A stretch of DNA of 64,000 nucleotides. Origin: Octopus sinensis. Taxonomy: Eukaryota. The translations under genes and the position numbers were made by a program. The notes below the pieces were generated by a model. That model saw only the letters and a program-made list of their open reading frames with translations. It was not told the DNA's origin and made no database searches. Every line of letters begins with the position of its first letter. The stretch's first letter is position 1. The stretch spans positions 81,220,001 through 81,284,000 of the forward strand of contig NC_043004.1 in assembly GCF_006345805.1 (NCBI RefSeq), written 5' to 3'. This document shows, in pieces, positions 36,955 to 51,688 of the stretch.

Positions 36955-39039
36955 CATATATCTGCATATATATACACACATATATATATTATATGATATA
37001 TATACATACATAATATATATATATATATATAATATATATATTATACATATATATATATATATAGTATATATATATATATATATATGTATGGCATATATAT
37101 ATATATATGCATATATTTGTATGTATATATATATATATATGCTATGAGATGCCATTTATACGCACTTGTGTGTCTTTCTCTATGTATACATTTATAAACA
37201 TGCACCAAATGTATATGCATGTATACATATATAGATGTATAGGTATTTATAGACTTACATATATATATGTGCCTACACACACACACACATATGCACGTTT
37301 GTGCATGCATGGGCTTGTGTGTGTGTGTGCGTGAGAGTGTCAATGTATGATGCAGTGCAATTTTGAAATCTGATAATTTGAAATGTAAAGTTTATATTTT
37401 TGAATAAACATACCATATAATTTTAGCCTCGTTCGGAAACGTAACGGAAGAGGTTACACCATGGGACCTAGTATACGATGCCCAGGGGTAAATTGAAATT
37501 GATGCAATTGATTCCTAGTTTTGGTAGGCTTTCGTTAGAAAAAGAAAACCCATCTTTGGTCCACGAATAGAGTAGCAAATTATAGAATAGAAATTGGTGA
37601 TGAAGCTAAAATCGCTATCTTCAGATCGGTTTTTGTATCTATTCTTACCTTTGAGTACAATTGCAATTACAAGCGTTCAAGAGCGGGTTTCTCTCAAGGA
37701 TGTTGGAAGTTATGTTACTCGACAGCCTTGATGTCAATGGGTCACTCCTGGTATAGCCGCTACTTCACGGCATTGAAGGGTACTATGGTCATGTGATTAG
37801 AATTTTGCAAGAAAGAATTTAAAACGGATTCTTCAAACCCATCAGGCCGGCAGCAAATGTAGGGGTTGACCGGGGGTGAAATAGTTGGATAATCTCCATA
37901 GTCTCAGTTGGTCAGAGTTAAAAATCCAGCCAGAGACTCAAATGTCCAAATGGACCAAATGGGCGGGTGCCTGAAGACTCTAACGCCACGACCCTCCCAG
38001 GAATTGTGGGAAACGATGGATGAATGGATAGCTATTTTAGTTTTAAATTTGTTTCTACAGATTTTTCTATGAAATTTAGTGCCAGCGTTGAAAGGTACGA
38101 TGCTTCGTATACGAATACGACTATCTAAACAATGTAATTGAAGATACAAAAACAAAAATGGCAATGGGTGTATATACAGATTTCAGGAACTATTGTTCCT
38201 TCTTCAGTACCACATTTAGCCCATTAACTATCAACATATTCATTGCTTAAATAGCCACAAAGTTTAGTTGTGTTACACAGATGAATTGGCCAATTCACAC
38301 ATTAAACACTTTCCTGGTAACTGGTGCGTACATATGAATTACTGGTGGGGATAAATTCGAAATGAAAACAACATACTGCTCTCACTAAAACAGGACACAG
38401 TATTGACTAATAAACTTTTTACATACTTGGTAGTATATTATGGTTGCAAAACAAAATGCTGTGTATCTTATGATACATGGATAAGCTCAAGAATTACTTC
38501 AACATCCGGCCGAGCGATTTTCCTGGATCAAGAGCTCAAATTGGTCTTTCGAGAGCTGAATGTCTCATCTGCACATGCCACGACTATAGATAATACCTGT
38601 TATTCGCTAACTGAACTGGTTAACCTCGGCCCTTAACAATTCGTTGACAGTTTATCCGCTCAGCATCAAAGGATATTCGCTATTGAACTTAATACGTTCA
38701 TCTGCTGAAATGGTTCACGCCCACCATGCTGCTTTCCATGAATTCAATTTAACCCAGGCTAGGTAGGCTGCTGAGTGCTAGGCCGTTCCAAGGTCCCACT
38801 CGTCATTTGGTCCAAGGCTGTTTATTCTCATATTCAGAGCTGACTTCTATTTATATGCTAATTCAGCCATAGCTGGGGTGCTGATATGTGCCCCTATTCC
38901 GGGTTGAAGTAGACCAGGGAAGAATAGTGGCTAAGAGATAATTGCACACTCCCCAAAACCCTGAAACCCTCGAACTAGGACCCGACTACTGGATGCAGTT
39001 TAACGCTATACCCAGGACAACTTCAGGCGTTGGTATTTT

Positions 39040-39260
39040 GGATTCAGATTTTGGCACAAAGTCAGTAATTTCAGAGGAGGAAGGATAAGTCCACTACATC
39101 GACCCTAGCGTTCAACAGGCATTTATTTAACCGATACCGAAGAGATGCAAGGCAAAGTATCGGCCTCGGCGGAGTTTGAACTCTGAATGTAAAGACGGAC
39201 GAAATGCCGTGAAGCAAATTGCCCGGCATTCTAACGAGTCTGCCAGCTCGCTGCCTTCAG
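39040..39260 (-). mobile_element. SINE family B (diverged)
   Basis: Reverse complement of head and core. Confidence 0.7.
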
Positions 39261-39404
39261 GCGTTGTAATATTGATTTCGATTCTTAGGAAGACATTGGA
39301 AAACGAAACAATTGGAGAACAACATATTTCACTGGTTTTAAAACTGATTCAAGCTAGTAGACAGAAATCTTGGAATCAAATTTGTATGAATCTTTCTTTC
39401 TTTT

Positions 39405-39613
39405 ATCTTTCTTTTACTTGTATCAGTTATTAGGGGTGCAGCAGCCATGCTGGGGCACCGCTTCGAAGAATTTTTTTTTTTTTTAGTCGAACGGAAAGCT
39501 TGATACTTATTCTGTCGGCGTCTTCGTAGAACTGCAATGTCACACGAGGTACACACGTGAGCACCGGTTGTCAAGTGATGATGGAGAGCGAACACTAACA
39601 TAAAGATACACAC

Positions 39614-39675
<62 letters not shown>

Positions 39676-39757
39676 AATACACACACGCACGCACACACAC
39701 ACACACAAATACACACACGCACGCACACACACACACACGCACACACACACACACACA

Positions 39758-39809
<52 letters not shown>

Positions 39810-39930
39810 ATATGTCGGGTTTCAGTTTCCGTCTACCAAATTCACTCACAAGGCTTTGGTTGGCCCAAGGTGCCACACAGTGGGACTGAACCCGGAACCA
39901 TGTGATTGAGACGCAGCCAACTCCTGCGCC
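39405..39930 (-). mobile_element. SINE family A with expanded (CA)n
   Basis: Reverse complement of tail, body and head. Confidence 0.7.
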
Positions 39931-40590
39931 CGTATATACTGACAATAAATAATTCTCCTAAAAGAGAGTGTCTGTTAGAAGCTGGAAAATGTGCCGGAAA
40001 CAAGATCTTAAACTGTTTTTATACAGCTTCCCTCCATGGGATGTTCTACATTGAATAAAATCCTTAAATTTAATTAAACAACAATAACACTTATTTATCT
40101 CTTAGTCCTAGCCACTCCTTATTATTTCAATATTATGCCAGTAATACGTTCGAACATGTAAACAATACATTCATTATATTTTGTCAGGGAGAACATTTCT
40201 CGCTGTAGACAAATTGCATAAATACACATAAATCAGCTCGCAGCGCCACCTATCCAGACTGGGATGCAAAAATTTCGGAGTGGTTATCTCCTCTTCAGGC
40301 ACAGAAACCGAACGTTGGCGCAGCAAGTAAATAAGAGAGGCAATCTCTCTACTGATATTCTAGTCAACGCATGTCGGCTAGTAACCTTACTCTTTCGATT
40401 TAGACTTCAGAGACTTCACATTTAAGTTAACAACACGCTTTTTAATATATTAATATAGCAATATATTAATAAATTAATATATTAATATATTAATAAATTA
40501 ATATATTAATACATTAATGTTTTAATAAATTTATGTATTAATATATTAATTTCATCGTATTTACTACTCTGAATAGTTAATTTTTCAGTT

Positions 40591-41045
40591 AAGGCGGCGA
40601 GCTGATAGAATCGTTACTTTGCCGGAAAATTATGCTTAGTGGTGTTTCTTCCGAATTTACATTCTGAGTTCAAATGCCGCTGGGATCGACTTATCTATTT
40701 GTCCTTTCAATGTCGATAAAATAAGTATCTTTTGCACAGTGGGATCGATCTAACCGAATATTCTGGTCTTGTACCAAAATTTGAAACCAATACTTCATCT
40801 CCGCAAGGCGGCAAGCTGGCAGAATCATTAACATGCTGGACAAAAATGCTGGGCGATATTTCGACAGTCTTCATGTTCTGAGTTCGAATACCGCCGCAGT
40901 GATCAACCGGTACTTATATTATCGACGCCGAAAGGGTGAAAGGCAATATTGGTCTCGGCGGAATTTGAACTCAGAAGGCAAAGTCAAGAAATGATGCTAA
41001 GTATTTTTCCCGGGGTGCTAGCGACTCTGCCAGCTCATTGCCTTT
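40591..41045. mobile_element. Cluster of SINE family B copies (+, then +/- fusion)
   Basis: Heads at ~40591 and ~40804; reverse copy ~40905-41045. Confidence 0.7.
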
Positions 41046-41072
41046 AATAATAATAATAATAATAATAATAAT

Positions 41073-41114
<42 letters not shown>

Positions 41115-41116
<2 letters not shown>

Positions 41117-41480
41117 CCACTGCGTGGCATCTTGGGCAAGTGTCTTCTACTATAGCCTCGGGTCGACCAAAGCCTTGTGAATGGATTTGGTAGACGGAAA
41201 CTGAAAAGAAGCCCGTTGTATACATGTATATTTATATATATGATGTGTGTTTGCGTGTCTGTGTTTGCCCTCCCCCCCAACATCGCTTGACAACCGATGC
41301 TGGTGTGTGTACGTCCCCGTAACTTAGTGGTTCGGCAAAAGACATTGATAAAATAAGTACTAGGCTTACGAAGAATAAGTCCTGGGGTCGATTTGCTCGA
41401 CTAAAGGCGGTGCTCCAGCATGACCGCAGTCAAATGACTGCAACACATAAAAGAGTAAAAAGAGTAAAAAGAGTAAAGGA
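41115..41480 (+). mobile_element. SINE family A (headless)
   Basis: Body and tail intact; tail ends (AAAAGAGT)n then (AAT)n. Confidence 0.85.
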
Positions 41481-41503
41481 GTAATAATAATAATAATAAT
41501 AAT

Positions 41504-42545
41504 CAGTGTGACTCACATAGTTAGTGCTTGTGAAAGTCTTGCGCAGAAAGGGTACAAGCGTAAACACGACATAGTAGCCCAAAATCTCCACTGGCCACAT
41601 GCCGTAGGTATAGGCATGAGGTTACGGGTGCTTCGTACCAACATACATCGGAGAAGGTTATGGACGAAAAGGGGAAGGCAAGAATCCTTTGAAAGTTTGA
41701 TTTCCAGACAGACAAAGTGTTAGAGCACCGAAGGCTTGATATTGTAACCTTCAGGAGGAGCAAACAAGAATGCCTAATAATCGACGTAGGAGTGCCAGGA
41801 GATCAACGCATCGTCATGGAATAAAGAGAGAAAGTTGATAAATATGGTGACCTGAGAATTAAAGGCGTAGGAGTGGCTGTGTGGTAAGTAGCTTGCTTAC
41901 CAACCACATGGTTCCAGGTTCAGTCCCACTGCGAGGAACCTTGGGCAAGTGTCTTCTACTATACCCTCGGGTCGACCAAAGCCTTGTGAGTGGATTTGGT
42001 AGACGGAAACTGAAAGAAGCCCGTCGTATATATGTATATATATATATATGAGTGTGTGTCTGTATACGTTTGTGTGTCTATTTATCCCCCCAACATCGCT
42101 TGACAACTGATGCTGTTCAACAAAAGAGACTGATAGAATAAGTACTAGGCTTACAAAGAATAAGTCCTGGGGTCGATTTGCTCGACTAAAGGCGGTGCTC
42201 CAGCAAGGCACTGTCACATGACTGGAACAAATAAAAAAGTAAAAAAAAAGTAAAGTAACTAAGATGTGGTAGCTACGAGAGTCGAACATAAAGGTTATCC
42301 CTATTGTTATCGGAGCATTGGGTTCAGTACCACCCAATCTGAAAAAAAAAAACATCTGAAAACCTTAGAGATACCCTACAATCTAGGTGTATTGCAAAAG
42401 TCGACATTAATTGGAACTGCACGTATATTGCGTAAGATATTGTCTGTCTGAGGTCCTTGCTGTGACTTGACAAACAGTACAAAGCTCCGGTAGACGCAAT
42501 ATCTTTAATCAACAACCTCACGACATTGTGTACTGTGCGACGTCT

Positions 42546-42548
<3 letters not shown>
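41504..42548 (+). mobile_element. R4/Dong-type LINE 3' fragment split by a SINE, between (TAA)n tracts
   Basis: THIVSACESLAQKGYKRKHDIVAQNLHW..DVGVPGD..EKVDKYGDL|..LQKSTLIGTARILRKILSV; SINE family A at 41864-42253. Confidence 0.75.
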
Positions 42549-42590
<42 letters not shown>

Positions 42591-42635
42591 TGATAATAAT
42601 AATAGTAATAACAACAACAACAACAACACAACAAC

Positions 42636-42678
<43 letters not shown>

Positions 42679-42715
42679 TTTATAATAATAATAATAATAT
42701 AATAATAATAATATT

Positions 42716-42758
<43 letters not shown>

Positions 42759-42849
42759 TTTATAATAATAATAATAATAATATTTATAATAATAATAATA
42801 ATAATATAATAATAATAATAATATAATAATAATAATAATAATAATAATA

Positions 42850-44489
42850 TAAAATGCGCCAAAGTAACCCTGAAAAGAGAAAACTAGTTAAGAGTAGCAA
42901 CATCACACTAGATAAAACCAATGAAATAAAGAATTAGACCAAAGCCAAACTTACAAATACTTAGGAATCCATGAACTAGATAAGACACCACACACACAAA
43001 TGAAAGAGAAAATAAAAAAAGAATATTATAGACGAGTTAGATCAATACTAAAAACAGAGCTCAATGCTAAAAACAAGATAATAGGTATCAACACTTTAGC
43101 TGTCCCAGTTATAAGTTACAGCTACAATATCCTTAACTGGACACGAAATGAACTGACAAAATAGATAGGAAAACAAGAAAAATAATGACAGGATCTAGGA
43201 TGCATCACCAAAATCTGACATAGAAAGACTATATATACAACGTATAGAAGGTGGTAGAGGCCTTATACAGCTGGAAAACTACTATAAAATAACTACCATA
43301 GGACTGCAAAAATATCTACTTCAGAAGGAAGGAAAACTGATCCAGATAGCGGCAAAACACGAGCAAAACAAAAAAACTGTTCTCAGTATTTAAGGAAGCT
43401 GACAAATACAAACAAGAAATCATACCACCTAATAAACATGAAGAAGAAGAAGAAGAAGAAGAAGAAGAAGAAGAAGAAGAAGAGAAGAAGAAGAAAGAAG
43501 ACGGAAGAAGAGAAGAAAGAAAAGAAGAAGAAGAAGAAGAAGAAGAAGAAGAAGAAGAAACAACAAAAGCTATAAAACAAATGAAATCCAAACTAAAAAT
43601 AGAACAGCAATGAACCATGATAAAACGATGGCAAGAAAAGCCCCTTCATGGTAATACTGGACTAAACTAAACGCAAAAGAAATAGACAAAGAAAAATCCC
43701 AGCAATGGTTGAGAAGCTCAGGACTCAAAGCAGAAACAGAGGGATTTTTAATTGCAGCACATGACCAAAGCCTCCCCACCAGAATTACCAAAAACATGTA
43801 ATGAAAAGAAATATTACAAGTAACTGCAGAATATGTGGAGATGGACAAGAAACAATAAATCATATTATCTCTAGCTGCCCAGTCCTAGCTAAGAAGGAAT
43901 ATATTCACAGACATGACAGAGTTGGAACCTACATACATTGGAAGCTATGCCAACATTATGGAATAACAACAGAAAAAAGATGGTATTGGCACACACCAGA
44001 AAAGGTCACAGAAAACGAGAAAGCAACCATACTCTGGGATATGCCGTTACGCACAGATAGAGAAATTAAGGCCAACAGACCAGATATAGTTGTCAGAGAT
44101 CATGAAGAAAAAAAAATGCTTTCTAATTGATGTATCAATACCGGCAGATGACAACGTGCCTCTAAAAGAAATGGAGAAACTCTCAAAATACAAAGACCTG
44201 GAAATAGAGGTAACTAGAATGTGGAATCTGAAAACAGAAACAATTCCTATCATAGTAGGTGCATTAGGCATGATAAAAAAATATTCAGACAAATACATAA
44301 CAAAAACACCAGGACTTACAAACACGTATAACATACAGAAAATTGCACTACTAGGCACTGCACACATCCTACTCAGAACACTTTCCTTACAATAACCATC
44401 AGAGCATCACAACAAATCACAGCACATACCCAAGGCACACAGAGCTGCGTTCGGTAGTGAAGTGAAAGCACGCTATAAAAATAAAACTA

Positions 44490-44492
<3 letters not shown>
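42850..44492 (+). mobile_element. 5'-truncated R4/Dong-clade LINE (RT C-terminus, CCHC finger, RLE) in (TAA)n
   Basis: CRICGDGQETINHIISSC; RHD; NRPDIVV..CFLIDVSIP; EKLSKYKDL; PIIVGALG; KIALLGTAHIL. Frameshifted, with an internal (GAA)n expansion and (TAA)n on both flanks. Confidence 0.92.
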
Positions 44493-44555
<63 letters not shown>

Positions 44556-44942
44556 TTTATAATAATAATAATAAGTCACTTTGATGGTATGCACTGCTCC
44601 TTCACTCAATAATAAGAACACACGCACACACACACACGCACAAACACACGCACACGTACGCACACACACACATACGCACACAGTCATACGCACACATACA
44701 TGTATACATATTAAGATACATACACACATATATTCTTTATTGGAACGGTGGGCCTCGATGCAGATAGAGCTTTAACTTATTTCTGTCCTAAGAGATTTTA
44801 AATCCGATATTTACAAGCCATTATTTATAGCTTTAGCTGCTTCGAAATCCGCCATTCCAAAACAAGGATTATTTCACGTTTTCACGTAGTTTATGAATTC
44901 ATATGACTTCAATAATATATGTGTGGGTGAGTGTGTATGTGT

Positions 44943-44983
<41 letters not shown>

Positions 44984-45143
44984 CTGTAGACAAGGGCTTT
45001 CGAGTAGCAAGTTCACTTCGTAAACTCATTGTGCTGCGTTCAATCGCACTGTGTAACATCTCGGTCAAGTGTCTTCGACAGAGTTTCAAGCTGAGTCACT
45101 CCAGACACTGCTCGGCCTCAGTCTAATACACAGTTCGACACAA

Positions 45144-45659
<516 letters not shown>

Positions 45660-45756
45660 ATATATATGTATGTATCTATTGTACATATATAGTATATATA
45701 TATATATATGTATATATAATATATATAATATATTATTATATATAGATATAAATATA

Positions 45757-45813
<57 letters not shown>

Positions 45814-45907
45814 TATCGTGAGAATTTACAAAAAAAAACAAAAGACGAAGACGGATGTGTAAACAACAAAGAGATGTATTAGTTTAACACTCGGGAAGTG
45901 AGAAAGT

Positions 45908-45943
45908 CTTTTACGTTTCGAGCCTACGCTCTTCAACAGAAAG
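45908..45943 (-). ncRNA. Minimal HHR-like motif with CUGUUGA core
   Basis: CUUU-CUGUUGA-A-GAGC-GUAG-GCUC-GAAAC-GUA-AAAG. Confidence 0.6.
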
Positions 45944-46749
45944 GAACACAGGGAGAGAAGAGAAAAAAAAGGATTAGCGGCTAGCGATCTGTCATGGGGA
46001 ATGCCGGATAGAGGGGTCACACAGGGGAGCTATGAAGAAGGGAAGATAATAAAGTAGTGGTGATCCCAAATCAAAGGTGCGCGTGCGTGTGTATGTGAGA
46101 GCGTGTAAGTGCGTGTGGAAGGGGACTGTGTGTGTATGTGTATCTGCGTGTGGAAGGGGGCTGTGTGTGTGCGTGTGCATATTAATCTGCGTTTCAGGCT
46201 GTATTGACGTCGCTTATAACCAGTGATCTTCATTTATGGCATGTTATCTTGTGCCGAGCGATTCATCAAATAGATATCGATAAAATAGGTGGGAAAAGTT
46301 TTTAAATTAAGGAATGTGGTCTATTTAGGCGGAATCTTAACACACACCTCTAGTAGTAGTAGTAGTAGTCGTAACAGCAACAGCAGTAGTAGAAGTAGCA
46401 ACAGTCGTATTAGTATTAGTATTAGTAGCAGCAGTTGTAGCGGTGATGGTGGTAGTAGTAGTAGTAGTAATAGTAGTGTAATAGAAGTAGTAGTGGTGCT
46501 GGTGGTAATATTTGTAGTAGTAGTAGTAGTACAGTGGCAGTAGTGGTAGTAGTTGGTAGTATCGTTTGTAGTAGATCTAGTTATAGTAGCAACAGTAATA
46601 GTAGTAGCAGCAGGAGTGCAAGTTGTAGCAGTAGTAGTAGTAGTGGTGGTGGTGGTGGTAGTAGTAGTGGTGGTGGTGGTGGTAGTAGTAGTGGTGGTGG
46701 TGGTGGTGGTGGTAGTAGTAGTTGCAGTAGTAGTAGTAGTAGTAGTAGC

Positions 46750-46842
<93 letters not shown>

Positions 46843-47087
46843 CCGCAGCAGCAGTAGCTGTAGTAGATGCTTTTAGCCCCAGGTCAACCCTGATTGGAAT
46901 GATATATGATCTTATACGGAGATCCACATCTGTTCCCACTTCTCTGTGGTTCAGCATTTCTTGTGACTAAGTTTTAAATAAATTTTCACGAGACCTGACA
47001 AATATTTCCGCTTTTCTAAAAATGTTCGCAAATATTTCTGCACGATTTTAATGTTCGGTCTCTATTTTGAGCACTTGTTGCGTTGCT

Positions 47088-47147
<60 letters not shown>

Positions 47148-47307
47148 TAGTAGTAGTAGTGTAGTAATTGTTGCTATCATCATCATCATCATCGTCGTCG
47201 TGGTCGTCATCATCATCATCATCATCATCATCGTCGTCGTCGTCGTCATCATCATCATCATCATCATCATCATGATCATGATCATTATTATTATTATTAT
47301 TATTCAG

Positions 47308-47723
47308 ACAGGCGAGCTGGCAGAAACGTTAGCACGTAGGGCGAAATGCTTAGCGGTATTTCGTCTGCCGTTACGTTCCGAATTCAAATTCCGCCGAGGT
47401 CGACTTTACTTTTCATCCTTTCGGGGTCGATTAAATAAGTACCAGTCAATCACTAGGGTTCGATGTAATCGACTTAATCCCCTTGTCTGTCCTTGTTTGT
47501 CCCCTCTGTGTTTAGCCCCTTGTAGGTAATAAAGAAATAGGTATTTCGTCTGCCGTTACGTTCCGAATTCAAATTCCGCCGAGGTCGACTTTACTTTTCA
47601 TCCTTTCGGGGTCTATTAAATAAGTACCAGTTAATCACTAGGGTTCGATGCAATCGACTTAATCCCCTTGTCTGTCCATGTTTGTCCCCTCTACATTTAG
47701 CCCTCTGTGGGCAATAAAGAAAT
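47308..47723 (+). mobile_element. Two tandem SINE family B copies with Tx1-like tails
   Basis: 47308-47540 is full length; 47541-47723 is 5'-truncated. Both end in AATAAAGAAATA. Confidence 0.9.
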
Positions 47724-47758
47724 AATAATAATATTAATTATCATCATCATCATCATCA

Positions 47759-47802
<44 letters not shown>

Positions 47803-47856
47803 GTTGTTGTTGTTGTTGTTATTATTATTGTTATTATTATTATTATTATTGTTGTT

Positions 47857-47887
<31 letters not shown>

Positions 47888-47992
47888 TTGTTGTTGTTAT
47901 AATTCTGCTTGTCATTCCATTACTCAGCCCGTCAGTACCACTTTCACATGATCAGAGAAAATGATCGAGAAAGAAAAGAGAGAGAGAGAGAG

Positions 47993-48036
<44 letters not shown>

Positions 48037-48252
48037 CTTTATTCACCATAAGGTTGAGAAAAAGAGGGGACAAAACAAACGTTGGGGTCAGGGTATCGAA
48101 TGAGACGAAACATATGAATAAACAAACAATTAAAATATATACAATTAAATGAGAATGAGTGATTAACAAAAGATGAAGCGGAGGACGCGGTTGACCCCAC
48201 AAACCACATACTCACACTGAAGACTTTGCTTTATCCTTTTTTATATTCTCGA

Positions 48253-51200
48253 TTAAATAGGTTCTTTCACTCGCAACATACTTACTATAGACTTCCATCT
48301 TTTACGAAACACACTTTGCGACAGGCATTTCTTCTCCAGCTTTATTTTCCGTTTCATGTGGAAAACGAAAAAGTCGATTAGCTCGAGACTGGAGATAAAC
48401 ATGCCTGTTGCAATTCCTTTTACTCTCGTCTTCCACACTACTTCTTTCGCCATAGCAACTACCGAAAGAAAACAGGCTCGCTCCTCCCTATTCAGGAAGG
48501 TCGGCGGAACTATCTTAATTACAGATTCGCTCGACAGTTGTACTCTTCTCGAATGCAACAGCAGGTGTTCGACATAAGTCCAGAGTTCAGTCACCTGGGG
48601 CATTGCACAATCGCGTGCAGGACAGTTTCACTGTCCCTCTTACATCTTGCACAAACCGGCGAAGGTGCACACCCATGTCTAAAGAGCTTATCTCGAACCG
48701 GTAAAGCTCCTCTGTAACATTGCCAGGCCAGGGACTTTTGGTAATTATCCATAGGCCCCGGACCGAATGTTCTTTGGAACAGGCTGGCCAGTTGATTTTC
48801 GTCGAAGCCCAGAGTTTCTCCTAGGACGTCGTCACACTTAAACTCTACTAACCATCTATAGAAGAACGCGGTAGTAGCCCCGCCACAGGCGTTGCCCGAC
48901 TGGGAGAGAAGCACGAGTGCCTGATAGCACTCTGCATGCCACATGCCCAACCTCGGTCTACACTTGATCCATGGGTTCAGTTCGTTAAACGATGTGAACT
49001 GTGGAAATAACAGCTTGACAAACGGAGACCACACCTGCTCACCGTCCATGTAAATCCAGAGGTGCCTAAGCCTGAGCGCATGTCTGCGCATTTTTAGCCA
49101 CGGCATCCCTAACCCACCGTTCAGCGGCTTTTGGCAGCAAATAGAGCGCCTTACAAGAGGTCTGCTGCCCCTCCACAAAAAGCGAAAGAGCATGCGTTCC
49201 AGTTTGTTCAGCCACGAATCGAGGCAAGGCACTACGGTTAGGCGGTAAGTGATTACAGAGGCGATAAACACTTCTGCAACTTCCGCCCTCCCTTTCAAGG
49301 ACAGTTTCCGCTCAGACCATGTCTGAGTTAGGAGAGCCACCTTTCTCGCCACCTCGCTCCAGTTCTTCTCTATCTGGAGATCTGGACCTAACCTGATCCC
49401 AAGCATTTTCACCGGTCCTTCCGTCCAACGTCCTACGACGCTGTCGGAAGACATCGACTTGCCCCTCCAGGTGCCGAGTTGCAAGCCGACCGATTTATCC
49501 CGGTTGACTTTCGCTCCTGCCACCCCGCTTCGTAGTCCCTTAAGGCCTCACCCACCCACTGTAGGTGCTCGACTCGGGAAACGATGACGGTGATGTCGTC
49601 CGCATACGCCGAAGCTGACTTTCCGCACCCTAGATCTTGCGGGGTGCCTCTCATAGTTTCCAACCTCCTCAGCAACGGCTCGAGGGCCAAAACGTAGAGA
49701 AGCGGGGAGAGAGGACACCCTTGACGTACCGAACGTTCAATGCTGAACGGTTCTGAAAGGAAACCATTTACCCGAACTACCGATTCGATGTTGCTGTATA
49801 AAGCGATGATCCATCCGCGGAAGGTCTGGCCGAAGCCAGCCGCCGCGAGGACCGCCTCCAGATACTGATGGTCCACCCTATCAAACGCTTTCGATTGGTC
49901 CAAGTGGACCATAGCCCCACCCTTGCCAGGAATCCTATTTACCCTTTCTAAGGCATAGCGTAGAAAGTGTAGATTGTCGTGGATGGTCCTTCCAGGGATG
50001 GCGCAAGTTTGCGCCTCGCCAACAAGTTCACCCACGACCCTCGCCAACCTTTTTGCTAAGACCTTGGCCAAGATCTTCAACTCTGCGTTAAGCAGAGTGA
50101 TAGGCCGGAAATTATCAATTAAATCCCCCTTGTTTGGGTCCTTTCTTAACAGCGCTACCACCCCTCGGCTCACAGACTTAGGAATTCTCCCGTTCTGCTG
50201 CCAGTTGGTGTACACGCATGCAAGTAGGTGCCCAAACAAGTCTGGCATGCTACTATAGAGTTCGTAAGGCAGACCATCGAGTCCCGGCGATTTGTCCCCG
50301 CCGCAGTCTGCCAACATATCCTCGACTTCTTTGGCTGTGATCGGCGCCTCACAAGATTCCGCGTCCGGCCTCGATAGACGCGGCGAACCGGCTAGGAAGT
50401 CTGCGAGCTTCTCCCCGCGCTCCAGCTCGCCGCTCCTCCCGAATAGCTGGGCGAAATGATCATGAAATACCTTGCACATCTCCTCGGGTTCGTTTACTAA
50501 TCGACCATTTGGGCCCGTCAAGGATCGAATGGTTGAGTTGTTGCCACGCTGGCCCTCTACCACCCGGGCCCATCCGGCTGCGTTGATCCCTTCCTGTCTC
50601 ATTGCACGGATCTTAGCCCTGACAATGCACCCTTCATGTTTAGCTTTGAGATGTTGGTCTAGTGCTAACCTCGCCGCTAACACTTTCGATGCACTGCCTG
50701 ACCTCATTGCCTCCTCTATTGCCTTAACTAGTTCCTTTTCTACTTTGTTTCTAGCACTAGCTAGTTCTTTGCTAAACCTAATTGACTCAAATTTGATGGC
50801 TCTTTTCAGGGCGTACCACCATTTATTGTTGATAATGGATCCGGTTAACGCCCTCATTACTAATTGTTAATCCGATTCCTGTAGGCTTCACAGTCCAATA
50901 GTGACTTGTTTAGCTTCCAGTAACCGGTACCTCGTCTACACATGCTATCTATGTCGAGCGTACAGGTCACTAATTTGTGATCGCTGTAGCTGACGATATG
51001 GTGTTGTGGACAGCTAAGTATTTTCTTATCTTTCCTTCTAGTTATGATTCTATCGATATAAGATCTGGACGACCCGTCGTTTCTTGCCCAGGTCCACGCT
51101 GGAGTGTCTGGATGGTCCAGTCTGAATCTATCTGCCAATTCGAAACGACTTAGCATATCGTTGAGGTGAGGTAATCCCCTCGTATTCTTTCTCAAGCCAA

Positions 51201-51669
51201 CATAATCTACGCTTGCATCGCAAATTATGTTGAAGTCACCTAGCAATACTAACGTGTTCGACGTGCCAAGAAAATTCTCTAGGCTTTTGAAATACTCTTT
51301 CTGCCCGGCTTTTCCTTCGCAGGGAGCATAGACAGCGACCAGCCTGAACACGTTACCACTGCTGTGCGTCACATCCAAAACGACCAACCTGCCTTCCGGA
51401 TCTATAAAGACAGTTCTAATCTCTAAATCCAGGTTTTTCCTGACCAGCACTGCCACTCCTCCTCCCCCTCCAGGTCGACAGGGAGAAATGTATTTCTCGT
51501 AGCCGTTTAGAAGGGGCGAAAAAGCCTGCAGCCCACTCAGTCTGGATTCGGTAATGACCACTACATCCAAACGATGCGACCTAAGGTCGTTAAGGAGGTA
51601 GCCTTGCTTCCAATACGACCCCAGGCCGCGAGTATTTATACAACCGAGTTTAAACGAGAAAGTGAAAAT
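48253..51669 (-). pseudogene. LINE ORF2 (APE endonuclease, RT, zinc finger), three frameshifts
   Basis: GCINTRGL, LLGDFN, SYIDRI, SDHKLV, SPGLDG, FRPITLLN, DQSKAFDRV, QGCPLSP, YADD, CARC..ETVLHAIVQC. Confidence 0.95.
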
Positions 51670-51688
51670 TTAGTCGAATGTTTAAAAC

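Noticed and set aside
37400-38860. Complex unique-looking stretch, possible exons or old TE
   Set aside because: All frames are interrupted by stops and no motif was recognised.
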